This document shows, in pieces, positions 1 to 7,402 of a DNA stretch of 20,000 nt. Origin of the DNA: Bacteriovoracaceae bacterium (GTDB lineage Bacteria > Bdellovibrionota > Bacteriovoracia > Bacteriovoracales > Bacteriovoracaceae); assembly GCA_018649885.1 (NCBI GenBank), contig JABIHA010000073.1, positions 54,438 to 74,437 on the forward strand, written 5' to 3'. Position numbers and translations under genes: made by a program. Numbering within the stretch: position 1 is the stretch's first letter; every line of letters starts with the position of its first letter. The notes under the pieces were generated by a model, which was not told the origin of the DNA, made no database searches, and was given only the letters and a program-made list of their open reading frames with translations.

Positions 1-9
1 AAAAGTTTT

Positions 10-282
10 TTACTCAGGTTTGCTAGCAAGAGGTTTGATATTTTGCTCATAGAAATAGATCACTTGATCTTGAACTTTATCAGAAATAGATCGGTCTAGG
101 ATTCTAAACTGGTTGTACCATTTTCCGTCCTTCCCTTTCTTACTTGGGTAGGAAACAAAGGGACCATTTTTTCCAGTCATGATTTGCACTTCCACTTCAA
201 ACACATCGTCCATAATGATCCGTCCAAAGGCCAAAGACTTTCCCACTTCACTTTTTCTCAAATCAAAACCTGTTACTTTCAC
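10..282 (-). CDS. spoVG: SpoVG-family nucleic-acid-binding protein
   Basis: 90 aa with MKVT...AFGRIIMDDVF...GKNGPFVSYPSKKGKDGKW, matching the SpoVG pattern (G..GLFVAMPS.K..DG.Y); GTG start with AGGAG Shine-Dalgarno (SD) at 292-296. Confidence 0.85.
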   Translation of the reverse strand: MKVTGFDLRKSEVGKSLAFGRIIMDDVFEVEVQIMTGKNGPFVSYPSKKGKDGKWYNQFRILDRSISDKVQDQVIYFYEQNIKPLASKPE

Positions 283-352
283 AGCTGTGCACTCCTATAT
301 AAATTGATTAGAGGGATTATCGCTGGGTAGCGATCATATTTAAAGTCTTTTC

Positions 353-1081
353 TCAAATAACTGGAATATTGAATAAACTCACTAGTGCCCAAAGGGTTAC
401 GGCCGAAAAAATGGGGATTGTAATATTGTCGTCTACCTTCATAGGGATCATCTCGAAGGCCGTACCCAGGACTGCCGCAATGAATGACATTAAAACGATT
501 GTTAGACGCATGCCTTCAGTGACTGTCAAAAAGGGCACTAAAACACATACAAAGTTGGCCACAAAAAAGGCAGCTGAACCCTCAACACTTTTCCCCTCGG
601 CAATTTTGCGCTTACCAAATGAAATCCCTATTATAGCTGAAAGAGGATCGGCAAAGCCCAGAGTCAATATAGAGGCAATGGCTATGATCTTGGGAAAGCT
701 CAGTATGGTAAGTAAAATGGCCATGGCATAAGGCACAGAGGCCGATTCCTTAAGTTGCTCTTCTGCTCTCAAAAAATACTTAGTTACCGGAGCCAGTTTT
801 TTATTGAGATTGGGATAGGCCACTCTAATTTGCTCTATAATATAAAAACTGCAGGCAAAGGTTCCTAGTATATAGACGGCCTGTTGATGCGAAAGAAAGT
901 AGCCGTATAAGACAGTACAGACAAGACTATTACTCATATGAAAGCCACGCCTTGCAAGCTGTAGGCTATTTCTTGTGGAACGTATGTGAGAGCTCACAGA
1001 CCCTGTGGCACTCACCTTCGGGGTAACATCGGGTTCTGCCTGAGTAGCAGATTCCCCTTCTTTCAACTGATCATTTTCCAT
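353..1081 (-). CDS. CTP-dependent lipid kinase of the dolichol/phytol/diacylglycerol kinase (SEC59/DGK1/VTE5) family, membrane protein
   Basis: RRGFH N-terminal motif; ADPLSAIIG..FG...GKSVEGS CTP-transferase motif; DDNITIP C-terminal motif; several hydrophobic segments. Confidence 0.85.
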   Translation of the reverse strand: MENDQLKEGESATQAEPDVTPKVSATGSVSSHIRSTRNSLQLARRGFHMSNSLVCTVLYGYFLSHQQAVYILGTFACSFYIIEQIRVAYPNLNKKLAPVTKYFLRAEEQLKESASVPYAMAILLTILSFPKIIAIASILTLGFADPLSAIIGISFGKRKIAEGKSVEGSAAFFVANFVCVLVPFLTVTEGMRLTIVLMSFIAAVLGTAFEMIPMKVDDNITIPIFSAVTLWALVSLFNIPVI

Positions 1082-1196
1082 AGTGTCTTTTCGGTTTAAA
1101 TGATTTCAATGTGACTATAGCAAAGTTGTTTAACAAATCATTTAAGTATTTGTAAAAATAGGACAGCACAGAGGAATCTGCGAATATCAAAATAGA

Positions 1197-2210
1197 TTAT
1201 TTCTTCCCCATTGAAAGCAAAAACTCAGCCCCAGCTTGCTGGGAGCTAAACGACTCTTTTGAGTCAATCTCTCCCCAATTGTGCTCAACAAGACATTGCC
1301 CTATAGCTCCACCCACAGTAGTACCAGGCCCTGTCAAAAGAAGATGGTCAGGAGCAAACTCTTTGAGTGCAACTTCAATGGACTTACTAAAATCGTAGGT
1401 AGAGACCACCTGGCGCTCAAGAGTGTATATGTAGAGTTCAGTGAGATTAGTGGAGTGTGGGTAATATATTTTTCCCCTCCCATCAATAAGAGGCAACTGA
1501 GGTGCGGAAAATAAATCGGCTCCCAAGGCCTTGAATGCCTTCCCAGGAACTTCCGCTAGAAGTGGCGTATGGAAGGCCTTTGTTCCCAGCAATTTAAAAG
1601 GGAATCTCTCGTGAACTTTAGGTAGTGTGCTCATCAATTTTTTTATGCCGGAGCTACTTCCTCCAACTACAGCGTAACCTCCAAATCGAATAGAAATATA
1701 GGCACTCTCATTTTTGTTAGGATCTAGCGCAGCTACGTTGTCGTCCAAAATCTTAGAAAGAGAGGAATCTTTTTTCCAACTTTCATCTACTAATGGAAAA
1801 ATCAACTGAGCTCCATGGCCATACTTTGCAGTCAAATCTCCCATGGTATGAATTAAATTAATAGCACCACTTGTATCAAGAACACCAGAGGCGGCCAAGG
1901 CCAAGTACCATCCCATGGAATTTCCACACATCGCCACAACTTCGTACTGGTCTGGATCAAGAGAATAAAAATCGCAAAGGGCACAGGTATAAATCAAATG
2001 AGCTGCATTTTCTGCACTATTAAATACAACGGGATCAAATTTATCCATGGCGTCTAACTGAGATACTTCTACCAGGCCCTGTTCTTTTCTAAATTGATCG
2101 ACTGAATTAATGAAATTCTTCTTATCCCCATGATATTTTTTTAAATGGCCAAGCTCGCTTTTATTATAGGTTCCCCTACCAGGAAAAACGACTACCACCT
2201 TCTTTTTCAT
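1197..2210 (-). CDS. Atypical FabD-like (ACP S-malonyltransferase fold) acyltransferase
   Basis: FPGRG (canonical PGQG), GNSMG nucleophile elbow (canonical GHSxG), AFHT and GPG motifs; 4-nt ATGA overlap with the upstream dehydrogenase. Confidence 0.8.
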   Translation of the reverse strand: MKKKVVVVFPGRGTYNKSELGHLKKYHGDKKNFINSVDQFRKEQGLVEVSQLDAMDKFDPVVFNSAENAAHLIYTCALCDFYSLDPDQYEVVAMCGNSMGWYLALAASGVLDTSGAINLIHTMGDLTAKYGHGAQLIFPLVDESWKKDSSLSKILDDNVAALDPNKNESAYISIRFGGYAVVGGSSSGIKKLMSTLPKVHERFPFKLLGTKAFHTPLLAEVPGKAFKALGADLFSAPQLPLIDGRGKIYYPHSTNLTELYIYTLERQVVSTYDFSKSIEVALKEFAPDHLLLTGPGTTVGGAIGQCLVEHNWGEIDSKESFSSQQAGAEFLLSMGKK

Positions 2211-4405
2211 TTTTCCTCCAAGAAGGTTTTTATGGTCTCTGCAATTTCCTCCGCAGAGGGAAGTACAAATTCAGCTGCAGTTCCTAAAGGGATGAAACAA
2301 TCTTTGCCGTGCACCCTTTTTAACCTGGGAACAGGATTCAGCTTCTCTATCATCAGTGTCATAAGCTCTTCACTGTATGAGCCACTTTTTCTGCCTTCAT
2401 CAACAATCAAGATCTTTTTAAATCCCTTAAGCTCATCCATCACGTCATTTTGTTCCAAGTCAGACAGCCACTTTAAATCAAAGAGTTTGGCCCCAGCTTT
2501 AAGTGGTGAAGAGAGTGAGTCCATGGCCATTTGGCAAAGTTTTACCCCGTTGCCGTAAGTAACGATAGCTATTTCACCACCATTTCCATAACTTGTGTGA
2601 CAATTTAAATCTGCCATCTCGTCAGGATCAGGATAAATAAATGTATAGAGCCCATCTTTAGGGGCCAATAAGTCACGAGCATTATAAAGAGCAATGGGTT
2701 CTAAAAAAATTACCACTCTTTTATGATACCAAGCTTCATAAAAGGCCCTTCTCAGCATTTTGACAGCGTCTGCTCCATTTGAAGGACAGGCAATGATCAC
2801 CCCGGGAAGATCCCTAAGAACACTGAGAGAATTATCATTATGAAAGTGACCTCCAAAACCTTTTTGATATCCTAGTGAAGGTATTCTCACCACCATGCCA
2901 TTACCAAATTGGCCTTTGGAAAAAAATGAAAGAGTTGCTGCTTCACCTCGGATTTGGTCCTCGGCATTGTGAAGATAGGCCAGGAATTGAATCTCACAAA
3001 TGGGAAGAAGATCATTGTGAGCAAGACCTATAGCAGTGCCCAGTATTGACTGCTCATCCAGTAAGGAATTAAAGACTCTCCTACCGCCGAATTTTTTCTG
3101 AAGCCCAGCTGTGACATGATAGACCCCACCTTTTTTGGCCACATCTTCACCAAAAACAAGGGACTGTGGGTACTCAAGCATTAAATCCACAAGAGCAAAA
3201 TTAATAAGCTTATTCATGGGCCATGGATTTTTTAAAAGCTCATAGTCTTTTCCAAATGTGTTTTGCCTTAAAAGATCTGATACTTCCTTTGTGCCTTTTT
3301 GATTTCTTTTTATGGGAAAAATAGACTCCATCACCTCTTCAGCACTTGTAAGCTTTGGTCTTTTGATACAAATATCCCCCACTCTATCAATTTGAGATTT
3401 TAATCTATTGTATAAACCTAATATTTCAGAAATTCCGAGTGTTTGGGTGTCGAGCATTATCCTAGCAGAAAATAAAAGAGGATCACGGGCCTCATTTTCT
3501 TCCAATTCACTCTTTGATAAATAAAGAGATTCAATATCTGATCCCGCATGACCCATCAAGCGAGTGGTTTTAATATGAAGAAAACTCGGCTTGCGATATT
3601 TTCTGGAGTATTCCACTGCACGCTTAGAAACAGCGTAGGCGTCAACAAGATTAGTTCCATCGGCGTAAAAATATTTAATCCCATGTCTATTAGATTGCGT
3701 GGCCTTTACCCAGTTTGCAGGAGTGGCCGTTGATATTCCCAGACCATTGTCTTCGCAAACAAAAACAATAGGCATTGAAACATTTTGATAGGCTACCCAA
3801 ATAGCACAATTGATGGCGCCTTGAGAGGTGGAATGATTGAGAGAAGCATCACCAAAATTACACAAGACAATACTTGATTTTGGCATAACTGCTTCCACAC
3901 CAAGAGCGCTTGCTCTATCAATAGACAGTGCCGCTCCCACCGCTTTTGGCAAGTGAGAGGCAATAGTAGATGTTTGAGGCGGAATAAATAAGCTTTTTGA
4001 ACCCAAAACCTTGTGCCTTCCCCCTGAAATGGGGTCCTCTGCAGAAGCTGCAAAAGAGAGAAGCAAATCATAAATAATAGTCTGTCCTGGTAGTTTTTTA
4101 CTTCTTTGAATCATCAGGGCAGCGCTTCTGTAGTGTAAAAAGGCCATATCTTCAAGGTCGCACACTTCACCTAGAACGGCATTACCTTCGTGTCCGCTCG
4201 ATCCAATTGTATAAAAACTCTCAGAGTTGGCCTTAAGCGAGCGCGATTTAAAATCCAAAAGCCTGCTGGTAAGCTGACTTTCAAATAACTCAACCAGTTT
4301 CCATTTAGGTGGCAAATCGTCTGCCTGAATGATCACATCAGGAAGTCTGCCAGAGCCAAGCTTATTTAAAAAGTTTTTTTCAACAATTTGGGTTCTGCTA
4401 AACAT
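2207..4405 (-). CDS. ThDP-dependent 2-oxoacid dehydrogenase E1 with fused alpha and beta subunits
   Basis: GHEG, HYRS, FGDAS...CEDN ThDP-binding motif and GHAGSD loop (alpha); GEDV, EQSILG, EIQFLAY, GGHFH and a transketolase C-terminal region (beta). Confidence 0.9.
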   Translation of the reverse strand: MFSRTQIVEKNFLNKLGSGRLPDVIIQADDLPPKWKLVELFESQLTSRLLDFKSRSLKANSESFYTIGSSGHEGNAVLGEVCDLEDMAFLHYRSAALMIQRSKKLPGQTIIYDLLLSFAASAEDPISGGRHKVLGSKSLFIPPQTSTIASHLPKAVGAALSIDRASALGVEAVMPKSSIVLCNFGDASLNHSTSQGAINCAIWVAYQNVSMPIVFVCEDNGLGISTATPANWVKATQSNRHGIKYFYADGTNLVDAYAVSKRAVEYSRKYRKPSFLHIKTTRLMGHAGSDIESLYLSKSELEENEARDPLLFSARIMLDTQTLGISEILGLYNRLKSQIDRVGDICIKRPKLTSAEEVMESIFPIKRNQKGTKEVSDLLRQNTFGKDYELLKNPWPMNKLINFALVDLMLEYPQSLVFGEDVAKKGGVYHVTAGLQKKFGGRRVFNSLLDEQSILGTAIGLAHNDLLPICEIQFLAYLHNAEDQIRGEAATLSFFSKGQFGNGMVVRIPSLGYQKGFGGHFHNDNSLSVLRDLPGVIIACPSNGADAVKMLRRAFYEAWYHKRVVIFLEPIALYNARDLLAPKDGLYTFIYPDPDEMADLNCHTSYGNGGEIAIVTYGNGVKLCQMAMDSLSSPLKAGAKLFDLKWLSDLEQNDVMDELKGFKKILIVDEGRKSGSYSEELMTLMIEKLNPVPRLKRVHGKDCFIPLGTAAEFVLPSAEEIAETIKTFLEEK

Positions 4406-4408
4406 AAA

Positions 4409-4999
4409 CTACTTTTCCCAACCCCATTCAATTCGACCGCACTTATCCACGCCATCTTCAAAGACAATATGTTTTTGATAGCCCAGCTTTTTACAAAACG
4501 CGGTATCAAAAAATTGAAAATAGGTATCGAGGCAGGGTGCACGGTTATCTTCTATGCTTTCATCATAGAGTGGATCTGAGTACTGATAAATAATCTTTGA
4601 CCACTTCTTTTTTGACTGGAAACACTTCCACCCCAACTTTTTGCGGTAAATGTCCCAATTCCACCAACCAGGCTGTCTTCCCCAATCCGTAGTTTTATAG
4701 GTGTTGAAACCATCATTATTAGTGCACTGTCTTTTTTTGACATGATAGGATCTCTTTTTATCCACACACAAAAGATTGTAATGAGTATGAGTGGTGACGC
4801 AATAATCGGCGCCCTGAAGATTCATCTCCTCTAACTTTAGATCACCATCTGTCTTGCAGTACTTACTTGTGATTTCAATGAATACTTCTTTTCGAGGAAT
4901 ATTTTGAACATTAGATTCTTTGACCTTTATGTTTTTGCCTAAGTTGCTGGCAACTACAGGACCTATGCACAAAGAAAAAATCATAAACATTAGTTTCAA
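4409..4999 (-). CDS. Hypothetical secreted Cys/Trp-rich protein
   Basis: Signal-peptide-like N-terminus (MKLMFMIFSLCIGPVVAS); 8 Cys in the mature part; TTG start with AGGT upstream; stop lies 3 nt before the E1 ATG. Confidence 0.7.
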   Translation of the reverse strand: MKLMFMIFSLCIGPVVASNLGKNIKVKESNVQNIPRKEVFIEITSKYCKTDGDLKLEEMNLQGADYCVTTHTHYNLLCVDKKRSYHVKKRQCTNNDGFNTYKTTDWGRQPGWWNWDIYRKKLGWKCFQSKKKWSKIIYQYSDPLYDESIEDNRAPCLDTYFQFFDTAFCKKLGYQKHIVFEDGVDKCGRIEWGWEK

Positions 5000-5020
5000 G
5001 GCAGTGACCTACAATAAAAC

Positions 5021-5043
5021 AAAGGCCCGAGTATCGAGCCTTT
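5021..5043 (-). terminator. Intrinsic terminator downstream of the 5106-5489 gene (possibly bidirectional)
   Basis: Minus strand AAAGGCTCGA-TAC-TCGGGCCTTT followed by GTTTTATT. Confidence 0.65.
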
Positions 5044-5105
5044 TATGTATTGTAATATGATAAGGTTTTAGTTTAAGAATTCCAACTATTTAAAAGCTTA
5101 TGCGG

Positions 5106-5489
5106 CTAGAAATTACCAGTTCTTACGTTGGCAAGCTTCTTATAGCAGGCATACACATCTGTATTTGTTTGCCAGTAATCTCTTTCGTCAACACCATCGC
5201 CTTCAACCCACCTCTTCTCTTTTTGACAATAAAACTCAAGACCTTGCTTAGCTACAAAAGTAACTCCATCATCTACTGGAAATTTCTTCTCTTTTCTTGG
5301 AGAGGTCATCCCATCATAGAGGGCCTTGGCCACTTCACCGCCAATAACCATATAGGTATCTTTCCCATGTGTTGCTATTGAAACACTCGATGTTTTCCAA
5401 TTCACTTTGTCTTTAGTTTTTAAAATATCACCAGCAAAAGCATTAAAAGAGCCAATCACTAGTAAACTTGCTACGATTTTTTTCATCAT
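5106..5489 (-). CDS. Hypothetical secreted protein (127 aa; start moved from 5555 to 5489)
   Basis: GGGAG SD at 5497-5501, 7 nt before ATG; classical signal peptide MMKKIVASLLVIGSFNAFA; two Cys. Confidence 0.75.
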   Translation of the reverse strand: MMKKIVASLLVIGSFNAFAGDILKTKDKVNWKTSSVSIATHGKDTYMVIGGEVAKALYDGMTSPRKEKKFPVDDGVTFVAKQGLEFYCQKEKRWVEGDGVDERDYWQTNTDVYACYKKLANVRTGNF

Positions 5490-5501
5490 TATTTTTCTCC
5501 C

Positions 5502-5664
5502 AATATAGATAATGTCTGAACTCGTAACATGGTGCATGATCAAACTCAATATCATTGAACTTTTTACCCTGCTCCAACTACCTAACCACTTGTAATCTTA
5601 ATACTCTGAGCACAATTTCGCCTACTTCTATGCTATCTCCCACTGGTCTATAATATAGATAATG
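5502..5664. repeat. 13-bp direct repeat AATATAGATAATG at 5502-5514 and 5652-5664
   Basis: Two exact copies 150 bp apart bracketing the divergent intergenic region. Confidence 0.85.
5647..5661 (+). promoter_or_regulatory. -10 box (TATAAT) of a probable leaderless recombinase transcript, inside a TCTATA-A-TATAGA palindrome
   Basis: TATAAT at 5649-5654, 7 nt before ATG 5662; no SD; palindrome 5647-5659. Confidence 0.5.
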
Positions 5665-6606
5665 AAAAAATTTGAAATAGACTGCGAGTTTCTAGACAAC
5701 TTTGAAAGCCTTCACACCAGAAAGTATTATCAAATTGATTTACTTCAATTCATTGACTTCATCACCCAAAAGCACCCAACAGTAGAGTGTTTTTCTCGGG
5801 TTGAAAGAACTCACATCATTGATTACAAAAATCATCTCAGAGAATGTGAAGGAAAAAATGGACACTCTTTTGCTCCTAAAACCATTTCAAGAAAACTGGC
5901 CGCACTGTCCAGCTACTTTGACTACTTTATAGAAAAAGGCGCTTTAACTAAATCAAACCCAACCTCAAGCGTTAAAAGACCTAGGAAGGAAACAAGATCT
6001 CCCACTCACGCTATTAAGGCAGAGATGGTGGAGCTACTTTTTTCTGCATTTGAATCTGAGGGCGAGCACAGACATCTCCATAAAGCGATTATCATTACCT
6101 TATTTTCAACGGGCCTTAGAAAGAGCGAGTTAATATCACTCAAAAGATGCCACCTCAAAAAGATAGATACCCACTGGATACTTGAGTACCGCGGAAAGGG
6201 TGGAAAGCTAAGGCAAAAAGTAGTTCATCCCGTGGCCCTTGAGGCATTAGATGATTATTTGGAGTGGATGAAGTCTAAAGGACGCGAGCACCACCCTCAC
6301 GACTGGCTCTTTCAACCATCCATGAACCGCCATGATAAAAATAATTTAGATAAGCCCTTAAATCCCAGAACTCTCAACCGTATACTCGACAAGTATGGGA
6401 AAAAAATTGGAGTCAGTGGCAAATTCTCTCCTCATTCAGCGAGGGCCACCTTTATCACCAGACTCTTAGAGCAAGGTGTAGAAATCTCCCGCGTTGCGCA
6501 GGAAGTTTCCCACTCATCTATCATGACAACTCAAGTTTATGACAAAAGAAGAATGGGACTAGAAGATAGTCCTATCCACCAACTCAATTATAAAAAAGAG
6601 GCCTAA
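5662..6606 (+). CDS. Tyrosine recombinase/integrase, XerC/XerD-like
   Basis: Core-binding domain (TISRKLAALSSYFDY..NP) and full catalytic set: R (TGLRKSE), K (GKGGK), HxxR (HSAR), H (SHSS), Y (TTQVY). Confidence 0.93.
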   Translation: MKKFEIDCEFLDNFESLHTRKYYQIDLLQFIDFITQKHPTVECFSRVERTHIIDYKNHLRECEGKNGHSFAPKTISRKLAALSSYFDYFIEKGALTKSNPTSSVKRPRKETRSPTHAIKAEMVELLFSAFESEGEHRHLHKAIIITLFSTGLRKSELISLKRCHLKKIDTHWILEYRGKGGKLRQKVVHPVALEALDDYLEWMKSKGREHHPHDWLFQPSMNRHDKNNLDKPLNPRTLNRILDKYGKKIGVSGKFSPHSARATFITRLLEQGVEISRVAQEVSHSSIMTTQVYDKRRMGLEDSPIHQLNYKKEA

Positions 6607-6730
6607 GTCTTTGTCGCAACGTCCGGGGCACAAGGAACGATGAGTGCCATATTGTTGCCCCTAATTGTCTCCAGCAAAATTTTCCCACACCAGCAGTAGC
6701 GTCTATCACGTCCTCAAAGCAATTCAATTT

Positions 6731-6746
6731 TGGCACGCTCTTTGCT
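6731..6746 (+). promoter_or_regulatory. Sigma54 (RpoN) -24/-12 promoter
   Basis: TGGCAC-GCTCT-TTGCT is an exact match to TGGCAC-N5-TTGCW, about 40 nt upstream of the 6787 start. Confidence 0.8.
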
Positions 6747-6786
6747 TTAAAGAAAACATGACCACATAAACTCAAAGAGGAGAGAA

Positions 6787-7326
6787 GTGATGAGAAAGGA
6801 TTTTTCTAAAGTATTTTTTATGTATTTTTTATTTTCAATGTTTTCGGTAGCTCATGCCGATATTCGAATTGACATGAACCCTCAAGGACTCAAATTTAGA
6901 AAAGGACTCGACGATGATGTGTCCATGCGCTATTCCCAACACATTTATTTGAGTTTTCGAAATGATGGAAATATCCAAATGAGAAACTATACGCCAGTAA
7001 AGGTGCGACTAGGCTCCACTAATACCCAAGGATACATCTACGGTCCGGCTGCAAGAGGTGGAAGCCTGGGTGGCCCAGTCTACCCTGGAGAGGTTGCCAA
7101 TGTATTTATAAGACTTCCGCTGGGAACACTCAAGCACTGCCAAAGAGTACGCGCCACCATTGACTCAAATAGGACTCATCAAATCGGCCCATCTGTATTT
7201 GGAAATGATACCAAGACCTTTACTGTCTATGAAATGGGAAAGTCTCGACTTCTATGCACTGTTTTACTACCAAGACCAAGATTTCCTAGGCTTCCAAGAA
7301 AAAGGTTTCCATTTCCAAGGCCATAG
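6787..7326 (+). CDS. Secreted protein with a CARDB/Ig-like domain and a Pro/Arg-rich C-terminal tail
   Basis: GAGGAG SD; signal peptide ending AHA; FRNDGN...PGE...VRATIDSN...GND pattern resembles CARDB; tail LLPRPRFPRLPRKRFPFPRP. Confidence 0.7.
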   Translation: MMRKDFSKVFFMYFLFSMFSVAHADIRIDMNPQGLKFRKGLDDDVSMRYSQHIYLSFRNDGNIQMRNYTPVKVRLGSTNTQGYIYGPAARGGSLGGPVYPGEVANVFIRLPLGTLKHCQRVRATIDSNRTHQIGPSVFGNDTKTFTVYEMGKSRLLCTVLLPRPRFPRLPRKRFPFPRP

Positions 7327-7344
7327 TCCTTTCGTATTCTTAAA

Positions 7345-7372
7345 TAAAAAAGGCCCACTCAAAGGTGGGCCT
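7345..7372 (-). terminator. Intrinsic terminator for the 7403-9346 gene
   Basis: Minus strand AGGCCCAC-CTTTGA-GTGGGCCT followed by TTTTT. Confidence 0.8.
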
Positions 7373-7402
7373 AATATTGAGAAATTATTAATTTTTTAAT
7401 TT

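Noticed and set aside
4409..6606. Integron (integrase divergent from short secreted cassette-like genes)
   Set aside because: The recombinase lacks the IntI-specific insertion, no RYYYAAC..GTTRRRY attC hairpins follow the genes, and an ordinary terminator separates them
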